Source: Bdellovibrionaceae bacterium UBA6502 (lineage in GTDB: Bacteria; Bdellovibrionota; Bdellovibrionia; Bdellovibrionales; UBA840). Taken from it: a stretch of DNA of 64,000 nt. Below, one piece after another: positions 38,690 through 48,087 of the stretch. The position numbers and the translations under genes were made by a program. Under the pieces are notes generated by a model, which was not told the DNA's origin, made no database searches, and saw only the letters and a program-made list of their open reading frames with translations. Location of the stretch: NCBI GenBank assembly GCA_002436415.1, contig DJMA01000027.1, positions 15,782-79,781 of the forward strand. Reading direction: 5' to 3'. Every line of letters starts with the position of its first letter. Within the stretch, counting starts at the first letter, position 1.

Positions 38690-39589
38690 ATGGCTGACGA
38701 TCAAATTGTAATTAAAAAGATAACTATCGTGCAAGGAGGAGGACACGGGGGAGCCTGGAAGGTTGCCGCGGCGGATTTCTTTACTGCAATGATGGCATTC
38801 TTTTTGGTGATGTGGTTGTTAGGTCAAGATTCTGAAACTAAGGCCGATGTGGCATCATATTTTAGCGGTCCATCTATGCTTGAGAGTCAATTCACTAGCT
38901 ATGGTGCAAGACTAACCTTAGAAAAACTTTTTCTAGATTTAGTTAATGAACCTTTGAGCACTCTGCAAGATATACTACAACCACCTGACTTCACTCCAGA
39001 TGTTTTGGCAATGGGACATAAGGGTGTGGTTATGCATCACGTAGCAGAGAACCTTGGTGAAATTGCAGAGAACGTAAATGTAACTTCAGATTCAGTACTG
39101 TTTGAGGTCAAAGATTACTTTTTATTTCAATTAGGGACCTCTAACTTTTCAGGTCAATTTTCCCAGGTGATGAAGCAAATTGCCTCTGTAACCGAAGGCC
39201 TGAAGGATTCAGAGGTGGTTATTGAATCTGAGATATTTTCTCAACAAGTAGAGGGAAGTGATCCGAAGAGAGCGAAGCTTGTTGCCATTCGTCGTGCTAA
39301 GTTGTTGAAAAAGTTTGTAGAAGGTACGTTTGAAAACGACAGCAATACCGTAAAAGGAAAGGTTATTGTTAAAGAGGCAGCTGAACTTCCTCCTAGTGGA
39401 AAACCTCCAGGGCTGATTCGGTTTGTTTTAAAACAAAAGTCCATCAAATCAGACGGAACTAAGCCGAGAAAGATTGAAGAAATTTTTGGTGAGAGAAAAG
39501 TCGATGAAGACATTTATAAGGATTTTGTAAATCGAATCTCAGAACGTAAAAAGAAAGAGCTTCTTGAAGAAGGTCTTGGCAAAGAATAG
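38690..39589 (+). CDS. motB: Flagellar stator MotB with divergent periplasmic domain
   Basis: HGGAWKVAAADFFTAMMAFFLVMWL contains the conserved Asp. Confidence 0.85.
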   Translation: MADDQIVIKKITIVQGGGHGGAWKVAAADFFTAMMAFFLVMWLLGQDSETKADVASYFSGPSMLESQFTSYGARLTLEKLFLDLVNEPLSTLQDILQPPDFTPDVLAMGHKGVVMHHVAENLGEIAENVNVTSDSVLFEVKDYFLFQLGTSNFSGQFSQVMKQIASVTEGLKDSEVVIESEIFSQQVEGSDPKRAKLVAIRRAKLLKKFVEGTFENDSNTVKGKVIVKEAAELPPSGKPPGLIRFVLKQKSIKSDGTKPRKIEEIFGERKVDEDIYKDFVNRISERKKKELLEEGLGKE

Positions 39590-39610
39590 AGTTATTTAGA
39601 AAAAGAAAAT

Positions 39611-39644
39611 AAAAAGCCGTATTGAATTTTCCAATACGGCTTTT
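39611..39644. terminator. Bidirectional intrinsic terminator
   Basis: AAAAAGCCGTATTG-AATTTTC-CAATACGGCTTTT between the convergent motB and RND genes. Confidence 0.85.
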
Positions 39645-39662
39645 GTGTATTTACTTTTAAGA

Positions 39663-42600
39663 CTAGCTTAGACTTTCTTTATTCTTATTGTGTCTTTTTA
39701 CCAAATAGGTTTCTAATACATAGTAAAAGTCATCTAGTAGACTAATGATGGCTGGAAAAAAGATAGCAATAAATAGGGAACCAATGGCTAGGCCCCAACC
39801 CAATGAAAGGGCAAGAGGTTTGATAAATGGGTCAGATCCTCCGAGTCCATATGCAGTAGGTAACAAACCCGAAACGGTGGTTAGAGTGGTCATAAAAATG
39901 GGTCGTAACCTAGTTTTCGCTGCCTCAATGATTGAGTCGTAGCGATTGAGGCCATCTTCCTGACGGAGCTGGTTTATGAAAGTAATTAACACAATTGCGT
40001 TGTTTACAATAACTCCACTAAGGGCGACTACTCCCAACATAGACATAAAACTCAATGGTTTTCCGTGAAGCAATAGGGCATACACGACACCAATCACTCC
40101 CATTGGGATTGTAAATAAAATAATTACTGGCTGGATAAGTTTCCTAAAGGTGACAATCAGTAAGGCGGCAATTCCAACGAATGCAACCATAAATGCACGC
40201 ATTAAGCTAGCCATGGACTCTTGGGTGTCCTCATTTTCTCCACCAATTTCTATTTTTATTTCGGGGTATTTTTTGCCTAAATCTTTTAGGTAAGGTTGAA
40301 TCACGCTGATCATTTTACCACTGGTGATTTTTTTGCCGTCCATTTCAAACTCAGTATCTAAAGCACTAGATACGTTTACTTGGCGTTTGTAAGATTTGTG
40401 AAAGATGGCTGCAACGCTTTCTTCTTTCTCAAAGCTAGCAATTTGATCAAGCCGAACTAAATTGCCAAGGGAGTTTCCTATGCTTAAGCCTTTAAGTTGT
40501 TCATCAGCATTTTCATTGCTAGGTTTTCTACGAACTCGAATGTCGAGCTCATCATCCAAATCACGAACACTACTTGCAACTACGCCATCAAAGGCAGCAC
40601 GAACGTTTAATGAAATTTCATCGGCCGTTAGTTTCGCGGCAGCCATTTGATCCATAATTGGTTTAACATTAAACTGAGTTTTTCCTTTTATATAGGAACT
40701 CTCAATGTCTTGAATGGCTTTGTACTTTTTAAGCTCAGTGATAAGCTCTTTTGATATCTCATTGAGTTTGTGATAATCGTCGCCTAAAAGATCTATGGAG
40801 ATTGGTCGCCCTTGTGGAGGTCCGCCTTTACGAAGTACAAAATTTGCCTTAACATCTGGTCGATCAAAGCGAATTTTTTCTTTTAAAATCTCAATGATAT
40901 CTTGAGCTGTTCGATCTCTTTGGTTCTCAGGGGTAAGGATAACCTGTACCTGAGCGTAGTTACTCCCACGTTTCGTTAAAGGGTCGTTTGAGTCTTGGCG
41001 CGATATCCCGACCATACTGATGTAATCCGTTATTTCCTCTTTTGGAAATTCCGAAAGTGCTTGTTCTACTTTAACTAAATACTCTTCTGTATTCTCTAGT
41101 GAAAACTGTTGGGGAGCTTCTAATTTAATAAAGAAACTTTCAACTCCAACAGCAGGAAAAAGCTCAAAGCGTGCGTACTTTTGAACTACAAAACCACTGG
41201 CCGCAAATCCAAACACCATCATTAGTAAAACAATGTATCGTTTGTGCATCGACCAACTCACAAATTTTCCGTATTTTGCAACTACTGGATCAAACCAGCT
41301 TCCACGGGTTTTCTTATTCAAATCTTTTTTACCAGGACTAGGAACCCAACTGGAAAAATGGGAGGGCATCACTATCACTGCCTCTAGCAAAGAAAAAATA
41401 AGTGCTAAAATTACGATGATTGGGATCTGAAAAATAAATTTTCCCATAATTCCTGACATTGCCGCTAAAGGAGCAAAAGCTAGAATCGTAGTTAAAACGG
41501 AAGCAAACACCGGCGGAATAACTTCGGAAACACCGGATACCACAGCTTCAAGTGGCTTTTTTCCTAGTTCGTAATTTCGCCAAATGTTTTCGCAAACTAC
41601 AATGGCATCATCTACCACCATTCCTAGGACAATAATCATACCGATGAGGCTAATCATATTCACAGAAATACCAAATAGATTCATGCAGATGATTGTAGAA
41701 AAAAGAGCTACAGGTATACCAAAAGCTACGACCAAAGAAACATTTAAGGGAAGTAGCATTGTGAGAACAAGTACAACTAATACTAAACCAATTGCCAAGT
41801 TTGAGCCTAAGACACTAATTCGATTTCGAACATAAATAGAAAAGTCATTAGCTACACCTAGTTGTACACCTTTTGGAACTTCCAGTTTTAGCTCATTGAC
41901 TCTTTCTTTTACGGTATCCACCATGCGAATCACATCTGCATTCTGTTTTTTCAAAACCACTAAGTTAATGGAAGATTCACCATTGGCACGATATTTATAA
42001 ACAGGTTCTTCTAGTTGTTCTTTTACACTTGCCACATCACCAATATAGGTAACTATTCCCTCATCATTCGATATAATTGGAGTTTTCAAAACCTGTTCGA
42101 CTTTTAAGAGCTCAGCATCTGTCTTTATTAAAACCTCTTCGCCACTTCTATTTTTAATACTACCTGCTGGAAGTGAAACATTGTTTTTTGCAATAGCGTT
42201 GATTAACTCGGTTAAACTGATTCTTGCTCGCGCAAGTTTTTTGGGATCTGCTTCAATAAGAATTTCTCTTTCGAGAAAGCCATTACGAGTAATGCTAGCC
42301 ACACCATCAATGTTTAAGAGTTCATCGCGAATGTCCTTGGAAACTTGTCGGAGTTTCATATCGGATACCTGTCCATAAATACTTACTTCGAGAATAGGAC
42401 TTTTTGAGGTGTCAGCAATTCTAAGGATTGGATCTTCTGCTTCTTCGGGTAAATTTTTAACGCTATCAATAGCAATTTGAATGTCATCATTGGTATCGTC
42501 AGGATCTCTAGCGTCAGGATCTAGTTGTAAAATTACAACTCCAGTTCCCTCGGTGCTAGTACTATAAATCTTTTTGATCCCATCCACTTCTCGAATGGCT

Positions 42601-42809
42601 TCTTCGATAGGGGTGACTAGTAGCTTTTCAACTTGCTCAGGACTTGCTCCTGGTAAAATCAGGCTTACAGTTGTCACGTCAAATTCGACCTGTGGAAAAA
42701 CCTCTCTTCTCAATTGAAAAAGAGAAACGATTCCTAAGCCTAAAACTACAAAAGTGATTAGATTCCCTAGTAGATGTTCCGTGGTAAAAAACTCAACGAT
42801 TTTTTTCAT
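39663..42809 (-). CDS. AcrB/AcrD/AcrF-family RND permease
   Basis: Motifs PGASPEQVE, GMVVDDAIVVCEN, GVIVNNAIVL and RLRPIFMT; about 1050 aa. Confidence 0.93.
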   Translation of the reverse strand: MKKIVEFFTTEHLLGNLITFVVLGLGIVSLFQLRREVFPQVEFDVTTVSLILPGASPEQVEKLLVTPIEEAIREVDGIKKIYSTSTEGTGVVILQLDPDARDPDDTNDDIQIAIDSVKNLPEEAEDPILRIADTSKSPILEVSIYGQVSDMKLRQVSKDIRDELLNIDGVASITRNGFLEREILIEADPKKLARARISLTELINAIAKNNVSLPAGSIKNRSGEEVLIKTDAELLKVEQVLKTPIISNDEGIVTYIGDVASVKEQLEEPVYKYRANGESSINLVVLKKQNADVIRMVDTVKERVNELKLEVPKGVQLGVANDFSIYVRNRISVLGSNLAIGLVLVVLVLTMLLPLNVSLVVAFGIPVALFSTIICMNLFGISVNMISLIGMIIVLGMVVDDAIVVCENIWRNYELGKKPLEAVVSGVSEVIPPVFASVLTTILAFAPLAAMSGIMGKFIFQIPIIVILALIFSLLEAVIVMPSHFSSWVPSPGKKDLNKKTRGSWFDPVVAKYGKFVSWSMHKRYIVLLMMVFGFAASGFVVQKYARFELFPAVGVESFFIKLEAPQQFSLENTEEYLVKVEQALSEFPKEEITDYISMVGISRQDSNDPLTKRGSNYAQVQVILTPENQRDRTAQDIIEILKEKIRFDRPDVKANFVLRKGGPPQGRPISIDLLGDDYHKLNEISKELITELKKYKAIQDIESSYIKGKTQFNVKPIMDQMAAAKLTADEISLNVRAAFDGVVASSVRDLDDELDIRVRRKPSNENADEQLKGLSIGNSLGNLVRLDQIASFEKEESVAAIFHKSYKRQVNVSSALDTEFEMDGKKITSGKMISVIQPYLKDLGKKYPEIKIEIGGENEDTQESMASLMRAFMVAFVGIAALLIVTFRKLIQPVIILFTIPMGVIGVVYALLLHGKPLSFMSMLGVVALSGVIVNNAIVLITFINQLRQEDGLNRYDSIIEAAKTRLRPIFMTTLTTVSGLLPTAYGLGGSDPFIKPLALSLGWGLAIGSLFIAIFFPAIISLLDDFYYVLETYLVKRHNKNKESLS

Positions 42810-43090
42810 AATGCCTCGCAATTTCTAATGCATAAATTATAGGTAAGAGATGTGGAAAAACCAAAGTAAAATTTAGGCTTTAGAAGAAATTGGCTATTGT
42901 TTAAATATTTCTAGATTTGAGCAAAGTCTTCTCTTGAGAATTTGCAAATGGCTTCATATCTGTGCACTTTGCTGGTTATATTGCTCTGAATTAATTATGC
43001 GAAAAACTGTATTTTTGCTCTGATGTTTGATTGAGATTATTCTCTTAAGAAAAAGTGTTTTTCATGCTAGATAATTGCAAGGAGAATTAC

Positions 43091-43942
43091 ATGCTTTCTT
43101 TAGATTCGAACATTCATGAAATGCCAGTGGTTGCTGTAGATTTAGAAACATCAGGAGCTTACCCCATTGGCAATGAGATTTGCGAAATTGGTATGGTTCG
43201 TTATCAAAATGGTAAGGTAGTTGATGAATACCAAAGTCTCGTGAAGCCAACCCAAAAAATGGGAAGCGCAGTGATTAAGATTCACGGGATTACCAATGAG
43301 ATGGTTGAGTATTCTCCTTCCATAGAGGATGTTTTACCCATCGTTCATAATATGCTAAAAGATGCAGTGGTGATCGCTCATCATGCGCCATTTGATTTGG
43401 GTTTTTTGGCTTATGATTTTGAAAGATATTCTTACGATCTACCACAGATGCCAGCCTTATGTTCAAGTTTGTTAAGTCGTAAATTATTCCCTGAAGCCCC
43501 TAACCATCGCCTTCAAACTTTGATTCGCTTTTTTGAATTGGAGCAGGGTGTAGCCCACAGGGCTTTAGATGATGCCGTTGCTTGCTTGGAAGTAGCAAAA
43601 CATTGTTTTGATAAATCAGAGCCAGCAACCTTAAAAAACTTAATTGCCATTCAAGCTAAAAAGCTAAGTTGGGACTCTTACTCCATTGATGCTTTACGAA
43701 GAAATGCTGTTTTAGGTACGTTGGTAGACGCCATTGAAAAGAAACAAGAAGTGAAAATCGATTATGAAAAGGCAAAAGGAGTTTCGCGAGGCAGGGGATT
43801 GAAGCCTTGGGGTATCGTTCGAAACCCCGATGGTGATTATGTGAATGCCCTTTGTTTAAGAGATAATAAAAACAAGCGATTTTATCTCAATAAAATCCGA
43901 GAGACTTATTCTTCTTCCAGTTTTGAGTCGGAAGACTCTTGA
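43091..43942 (+). CDS. DEDDh (DnaQ-like) 3'-5' exonuclease with C-terminal WYL-like domain
   Basis: Exo motifs VDLETSG, HHAPFD and HRALDDA. C-terminus AIEKKQEVKIDY...R.LKP...YVNALC..NKNKRFYLNKI is WYL-like. AGGAG RBS before 43091. Confidence 0.8.
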   Translation: MLSLDSNIHEMPVVAVDLETSGAYPIGNEICEIGMVRYQNGKVVDEYQSLVKPTQKMGSAVIKIHGITNEMVEYSPSIEDVLPIVHNMLKDAVVIAHHAPFDLGFLAYDFERYSYDLPQMPALCSSLLSRKLFPEAPNHRLQTLIRFFELEQGVAHRALDDAVACLEVAKHCFDKSEPATLKNLIAIQAKKLSWDSYSIDALRRNAVLGTLVDAIEKKQEVKIDYEKAKGVSRGRGLKPWGIVRNPDGDYVNALCLRDNKNKRFYLNKIRETYSSSSFESEDS

Positions 43943-44958
43943 ATTTTTTGGGAGTTGAGCTCAGAATCCGCTTCTAGGTGATCATTAGCATGAGCCTCTT
44001 CTTCTGTGGGTAAAGAAACTTCCGCTTTTAATTTAGAGATTTCATCCAATTCATCTTCTAAGTCGTGATCACCTAAACGCTTTTTAAGTGCAAGACTTAG
44101 GTTGTCGGCCACCTCTTCTAAATGTGGAAACTCATCTCCTTGGCGAAGTTTTAATTTACGATATTTTCCTGCGATAAGATCTTCTAAGAAATTTTCGAAA
44201 GCATATACCGGGCCAGCAGCTCGATGAGATAAAATCAAGCCTACAAAAAACAACAAAGCGCTAAAGGCTAAACTGATAATTATAAAGGTTAAGATATAAG
44301 GTCCCAAGTATTGTTCTTGGATTCTACTAGTTGTGTAGGGTAAGCTTTGAAGACTTACACGAAAATAGGTGTAAGAAAAAACTCCCGATATCAGAGATAG
44401 AGCGAGTCCTAGAGCTGTTAGAGAAAAACAGTACCTCAATTGAAACCGGCGATTGACCCAATAGTTTTTACGAGAGTTTTCTTCTGGCCATAAAATTTTA
44501 CCCTCTTTAATCAAAGCATAAACGATTAAGAAGTAACCTACCCATTGCAAGACATCTGCAAGATTCATTGCAGGGGAGGTAAATTTATCAAATCGAAATA
44601 CTAAGAAATCTACGACATAACCCCAAATGATTCGATCGGTTACATTACCGAGGATTCCACCTAACAACATAGATAAGCCAGCTCTTAAAGGAATTGATTT
44701 GATAGGTAATAGGTATTGAATGATGAAATAGGTGAAAGTTAAAAAAGCACCACCCGTGGATAGTGAAACGATTCGAAGTACTGGAGGGATGTCTGAAAAC
44801 AAACCTAGCATTGCTCCGTGATTGTGATGCAAAGTAAAACCCATCAAACCAAAATCTTGATAGCCAACTAGGCCACTGGCCCAAATTTTTGTAACTCGGT
44901 CGATGAGCCAGGTGAAAACTAAAGGTGCAATAACTAATAACCAATCACGTTTTTTCAT
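43906..44958 (-). CDS. lspA: Lipoprotein signal peptidase II with C-terminal 2TM+HAMP-like extension
   Basis: DRVTK, NHGAMLG, GGILGNVTDR, VVDF and NLAD lie in the first ~155 aa; about 190 extra residues follow. Confidence 0.88.
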   Translation of the reverse strand: MKKRDWLLVIAPLVFTWLIDRVTKIWASGLVGYQDFGLMGFTLHHNHGAMLGLFSDIPPVLRIVSLSTGGAFLTFTYFIIQYLLPIKSIPLRAGLSMLLGGILGNVTDRIIWGYVVDFLVFRFDKFTSPAMNLADVLQWVGYFLIVYALIKEGKILWPEENSRKNYWVNRRFQLRYCFSLTALGLALSLISGVFSYTYFRVSLQSLPYTTSRIQEQYLGPYILTFIIISLAFSALLFFVGLILSHRAAGPVYAFENFLEDLIAGKYRKLKLRQGDEFPHLEEVADNLSLALKKRLGDHDLEDELDEISKLKAEVSLPTEEEAHANDHLEADSELNSQKIQESSDSKLEEE

Positions 44959-45093
44959 AAATATAGATTAGCAATCTCGAAGGAAGCGGGGCAGAAGAAT
45001 AAGGAAAAATAAAAAGGGACTAGACAAGAGTAGAAGGGCGAAATTTCCGCCCAGCCTTTGGATCTGTCAATGAATCTACAAATTGAAACGAAA

Positions 45094-46602
45094 TTAATTT
45101 TTCTTGCGAGACAAGTTAACGAAGTAGCTGAAATCACCGGTTTTTGAAGTTTTAAAACCTTCAATGTCTTTGCTCACGATATTAATTTGTTCGTTGTACC
45201 AAAGAGGAATGATCGGAAGGTCTTCAGCGATAATTTCTTGGACTTTTTGGTAGTGCTTAATGCGTTCGTCAATCGAGAGTATAGCAACTCCTGAGTCTAA
45301 GAGTTTATCCAAGTCTTTGTTTTGGTAATGACCACGATTTCTTCCAGCAGGAGGAAGTTCGTTGCTATGGAAAGCAACCCGATATATGTCTGGGTCAGTG
45401 GCACCTACCCAGCGCATGGTTGCGAGCTGGTAGTTTCCATTTTTAACATCTTCAAAAAAGGTTCCCCACTCATAGCTTTCAATTTTTACATCAAAGTCTA
45501 ATTGAGAAATTTGGTTAGCTAAAATTTTTGCGTTTTCTACCGCGTTTGGATTGTTCGAAGTTTTGATGCTTAATGTTTTTTTGTCTGCCAACAAACTCTT
45601 TAGTTTAGCTTTTGCTGCTTCTAGGGAAAAATTCGGCAAATTTAATTTGGCATCAAAAAATGGGTTAGAAGGAGTTAAGATACTACTAGCAGGACTTGCT
45701 AAGCCCTCTAATTTGTATTGAATGATGCTTTTTTTATCAATGGCGTGAGCAATGGCGGATCTAATGTCTTTCTTGCTCAGCATCGGATCTTTTAAATTTA
45801 TCAGCAAATAATTCATTGCTAGGCCTGGAGCACGGTAGTGATTAAACTTTTCGTTCTTTAAAAGTTTAATACTAGATTGAGGCGATAAAACATTTGGAGC
45901 TACGTCTATGTTTCCCTTTAAAATCTTCAAATATCTAGTGTTGTCGTCTTTGATGACTTTAAAGCTTAGCTGCTGGTTTTTTACTTCTTTTGTGTAATGA
46001 GGGTTTCTCTTAAGAATGATTTCATTGCTAGATTCTTTGCTCAAAGCATAGGCTCCGGTGCCAAGAACATGCTTTGAGAAATCTTCTCCGTATTTCTCCA
46101 CCTCCGATTTTGGGAGGATTTTCAAAAGAGATAGATCAGTTAAAAGAGTTGCCGTGGGGTTGTTTAAAGCAATTTTAAGTACGAAGCCTTTGTCATTGGT
46201 TTCAGTGATATCAATTTTGCCAATGGTTTTAAAGGAGCTCGCAAAAATACTTCCTTCTTTTTTATACTCTTGAAAGCTAAACAAAATGTCTTCTTTTGTA
46301 AGCTCTATGCCATTGCTAAATTTAATCATAGGAAGAAGCTTTAGTTCGAGAAGCTCTTTGCTTATTTTCCAGGATTCAGCGGCGTCTCCAACAATTTCCA
46401 TCTCAGGGCCTAATTTGACGAAACTTTGGAATATAAGCCCTACAAGTCTTTGCCCATTGGCATCGGTTGCTCGACGAGGGTCTAGGGTTTTAGGACTGCT
46501 TTCAAGAGCAATTCGAATCTCACCCTCTTGTACTTCTTTTTTTGAGCTACAAGCAGTGAAACACAGGCTTAAAAATAAAAAACAAACTGTTAAAAACTTC
46601 AT
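45094..46602 (-). CDS. ABC transporter substrate-binding lipoprotein, family 5 (Opp/Dpp-like)
   Basis: Lipobox FTAC and motifs TLDP, AESW, KFSNG, GTGAY, RSAIAHAIDK and PIIPLWY. Start refined to 46602. Confidence 0.9.
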   Translation of the reverse strand: MKFLTVCFLFLSLCFTACSSKKEVQEGEIRIALESSPKTLDPRRATDANGQRLVGLIFQSFVKLGPEMEIVGDAAESWKISKELLELKLLPMIKFSNGIELTKEDILFSFQEYKKEGSIFASSFKTIGKIDITETNDKGFVLKIALNNPTATLLTDLSLLKILPKSEVEKYGEDFSKHVLGTGAYALSKESSNEIILKRNPHYTKEVKNQQLSFKVIKDDNTRYLKILKGNIDVAPNVLSPQSSIKLLKNEKFNHYRAPGLAMNYLLINLKDPMLSKKDIRSAIAHAIDKKSIIQYKLEGLASPASSILTPSNPFFDAKLNLPNFSLEAAKAKLKSLLADKKTLSIKTSNNPNAVENAKILANQISQLDFDVKIESYEWGTFFEDVKNGNYQLATMRWVGATDPDIYRVAFHSNELPPAGRNRGHYQNKDLDKLLDSGVAILSIDERIKHYQKVQEIIAEDLPIIPLWYNEQINIVSKDIEGFKTSKTGDFSYFVNLSRKKN

Positions 46603-46701
46603 AAAGATCTCCCGTTGCAATATTAAGATCATCAACCTATGCTAAAGGCTAGTTGCTTTTGAGACAAGAACAAATCAAAGGGGGAGATTCTGAAAAAGCT
46701 A

Positions 46702-48087
46702 GTGTTTCTTATTTTTATTCTTTCTGTAGAATCTTTTGCAATGGATCAAAGCTTACAACAACTCTTTAAGTCTTCAGAATTTAAGGAGGGTGAGTTTTCT
46801 ATTTTAATCCAAGGGGATGAAACCAAAAATAGCTATGAGTTGAACTCTAATAACTCTCGAATACCAGCTTCGTTGAGTAAACTAGTAGTGGCTGGAATGG
46901 CCTATCACTATCTAGAGCCTAATTTTGTATGGACTACAAAGCTTCTATCTTTGTCTGAACCTAAAAATGAAGTCCTCAAAGGCGATCTTTGTTTGTATGG
47001 CGGTGGAAACCCGAGCTTTTTAACAGAGCAGGCCTGGGTATTGGCTAATAATTTTTTACGCTCTGATATTCGCAAAATTGAAGGAGATTTAATCGTTGAT
47101 GAAAGTTATTTTGACAAAGATTATTTTTCAGATACGAGAATGTCTAAACGCCAGCTTCGAGCTTATGATGCACCTGTGAGTGGGGCTAGTTTTAACTGGA
47201 ACAGTGTTAATATTTATCTAAAACCAGGAAAAATTGGGGAAAAGGCAAAAGCTTATACAACTCCAGAGCTTAATTATGTTCGCCTAAATAACAAAGTGAT
47301 TGTTCATAAAGGAAGAACTCAGGTGCAAATCAAAAGATTGGTCCATAAGGATTATGAAGAGTTTGTTTTAACTGGAAAACTTTCTCATTTAGACTTGGAA
47401 AAAGTTTTCTACAGACCTGTGCAAGAGGCTGGCCGATTTACGGGTGAGAATTTTAAAGAAAATCTTGAAAAATTAGGGGTCAGTGTAAAAGGTAAAGTTC
47501 GCGTATCGTCTTGTGCCGCTTATAAAAATGAACTGGCCAGTGTGGACTCAAAAGAACTAGCCTTGGTTGTAAGAGATATGATGAAGTACTCCAATAATTT
47601 TTTGGCAGAGATTCTTTCAAAAACGATTGTAAGGGAAAAACTTGGAGTGGAAGGTAGCTTAGATAAATTAGCTCCTTTAGTAGCCGGTTACCTAAAAGAG
47701 GCAATGAATTTGGCAAAGGATGAGACTTACGTTTACAGAAGTGTTTCTGGTTTATCCTATAAAAATCGATTCAGTGCCAAACAGCTCTTTAATTTGTTGA
47801 ATTATGAGAAATTAAAATTTTCCCATTTCTATGAATTTGCGAGTTCATTGCCAATTGGTGGAGTCGATGGGACGCTTAAGTCTCGCTTTAAAGGTTTTGA
47901 TAGTATTCGTTTTCGTGCCAAAACAGGACTATTAAATAATGTTGTATCTCTGGCTGGATATGGTCAAACTAAGACTAATAAAAACTTTCAGTTTGTATTG
48001 ATATACAACGGACAAAAAAGTAAGCCGGTCTGGAAAGTTCAACAATTTTTTGATAAGATTTTAATCGATTATGTGCAAAAAAACTAA
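46702..48087 (+). CDS. dacB: D-Ala-D-Ala carboxypeptidase/endopeptidase (PBP4, S13)
   Basis: PASLSK (SxxK), GGGNP, YSNN (SxN), DGTL and AKTG...LAGY. Confidence 0.9.
   Translation: MFLIFILSVESFAMDQSLQQLFKSSEFKEGEFSILIQGDETKNSYELNSNNSRIPASLSKLVVAGMAYHYLEPNFVWTTKLLSLSEPKNEVLKGDLCLYGGGNPSFLTEQAWVLANNFLRSDIRKIEGDLIVDESYFDKDYFSDTRMSKRQLRAYDAPVSGASFNWNSVNIYLKPGKIGEKAKAYTTPELNYVRLNNKVIVHKGRTQVQIKRLVHKDYEEFVLTGKLSHLDLEKVFYRPVQEAGRFTGENFKENLEKLGVSVKGKVRVSSCAAYKNELASVDSKELALVVRDMMKYSNNFLAEILSKTIVREKLGVEGSLDKLAPLVAGYLKEAMNLAKDETYVYRSVSGLSYKNRFSAKQLFNLLNYEKLKFSHFYEFASSLPIGGVDGTLKSRFKGFDSIRFRAKTGLLNNVVSLAGYGQTKTNKNFQFVLIYNGQKSKPVWKVQQFFDKILIDYVQKN

Noticed and set aside
37824-39589. motAB as a Zorya (ZorAB) anti-phage system
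   Set aside because: MotA is normal length (~281 aa) without the long ZorA tail, the motifs are flagellar-type, and no zorC/D/E genes are nearby.
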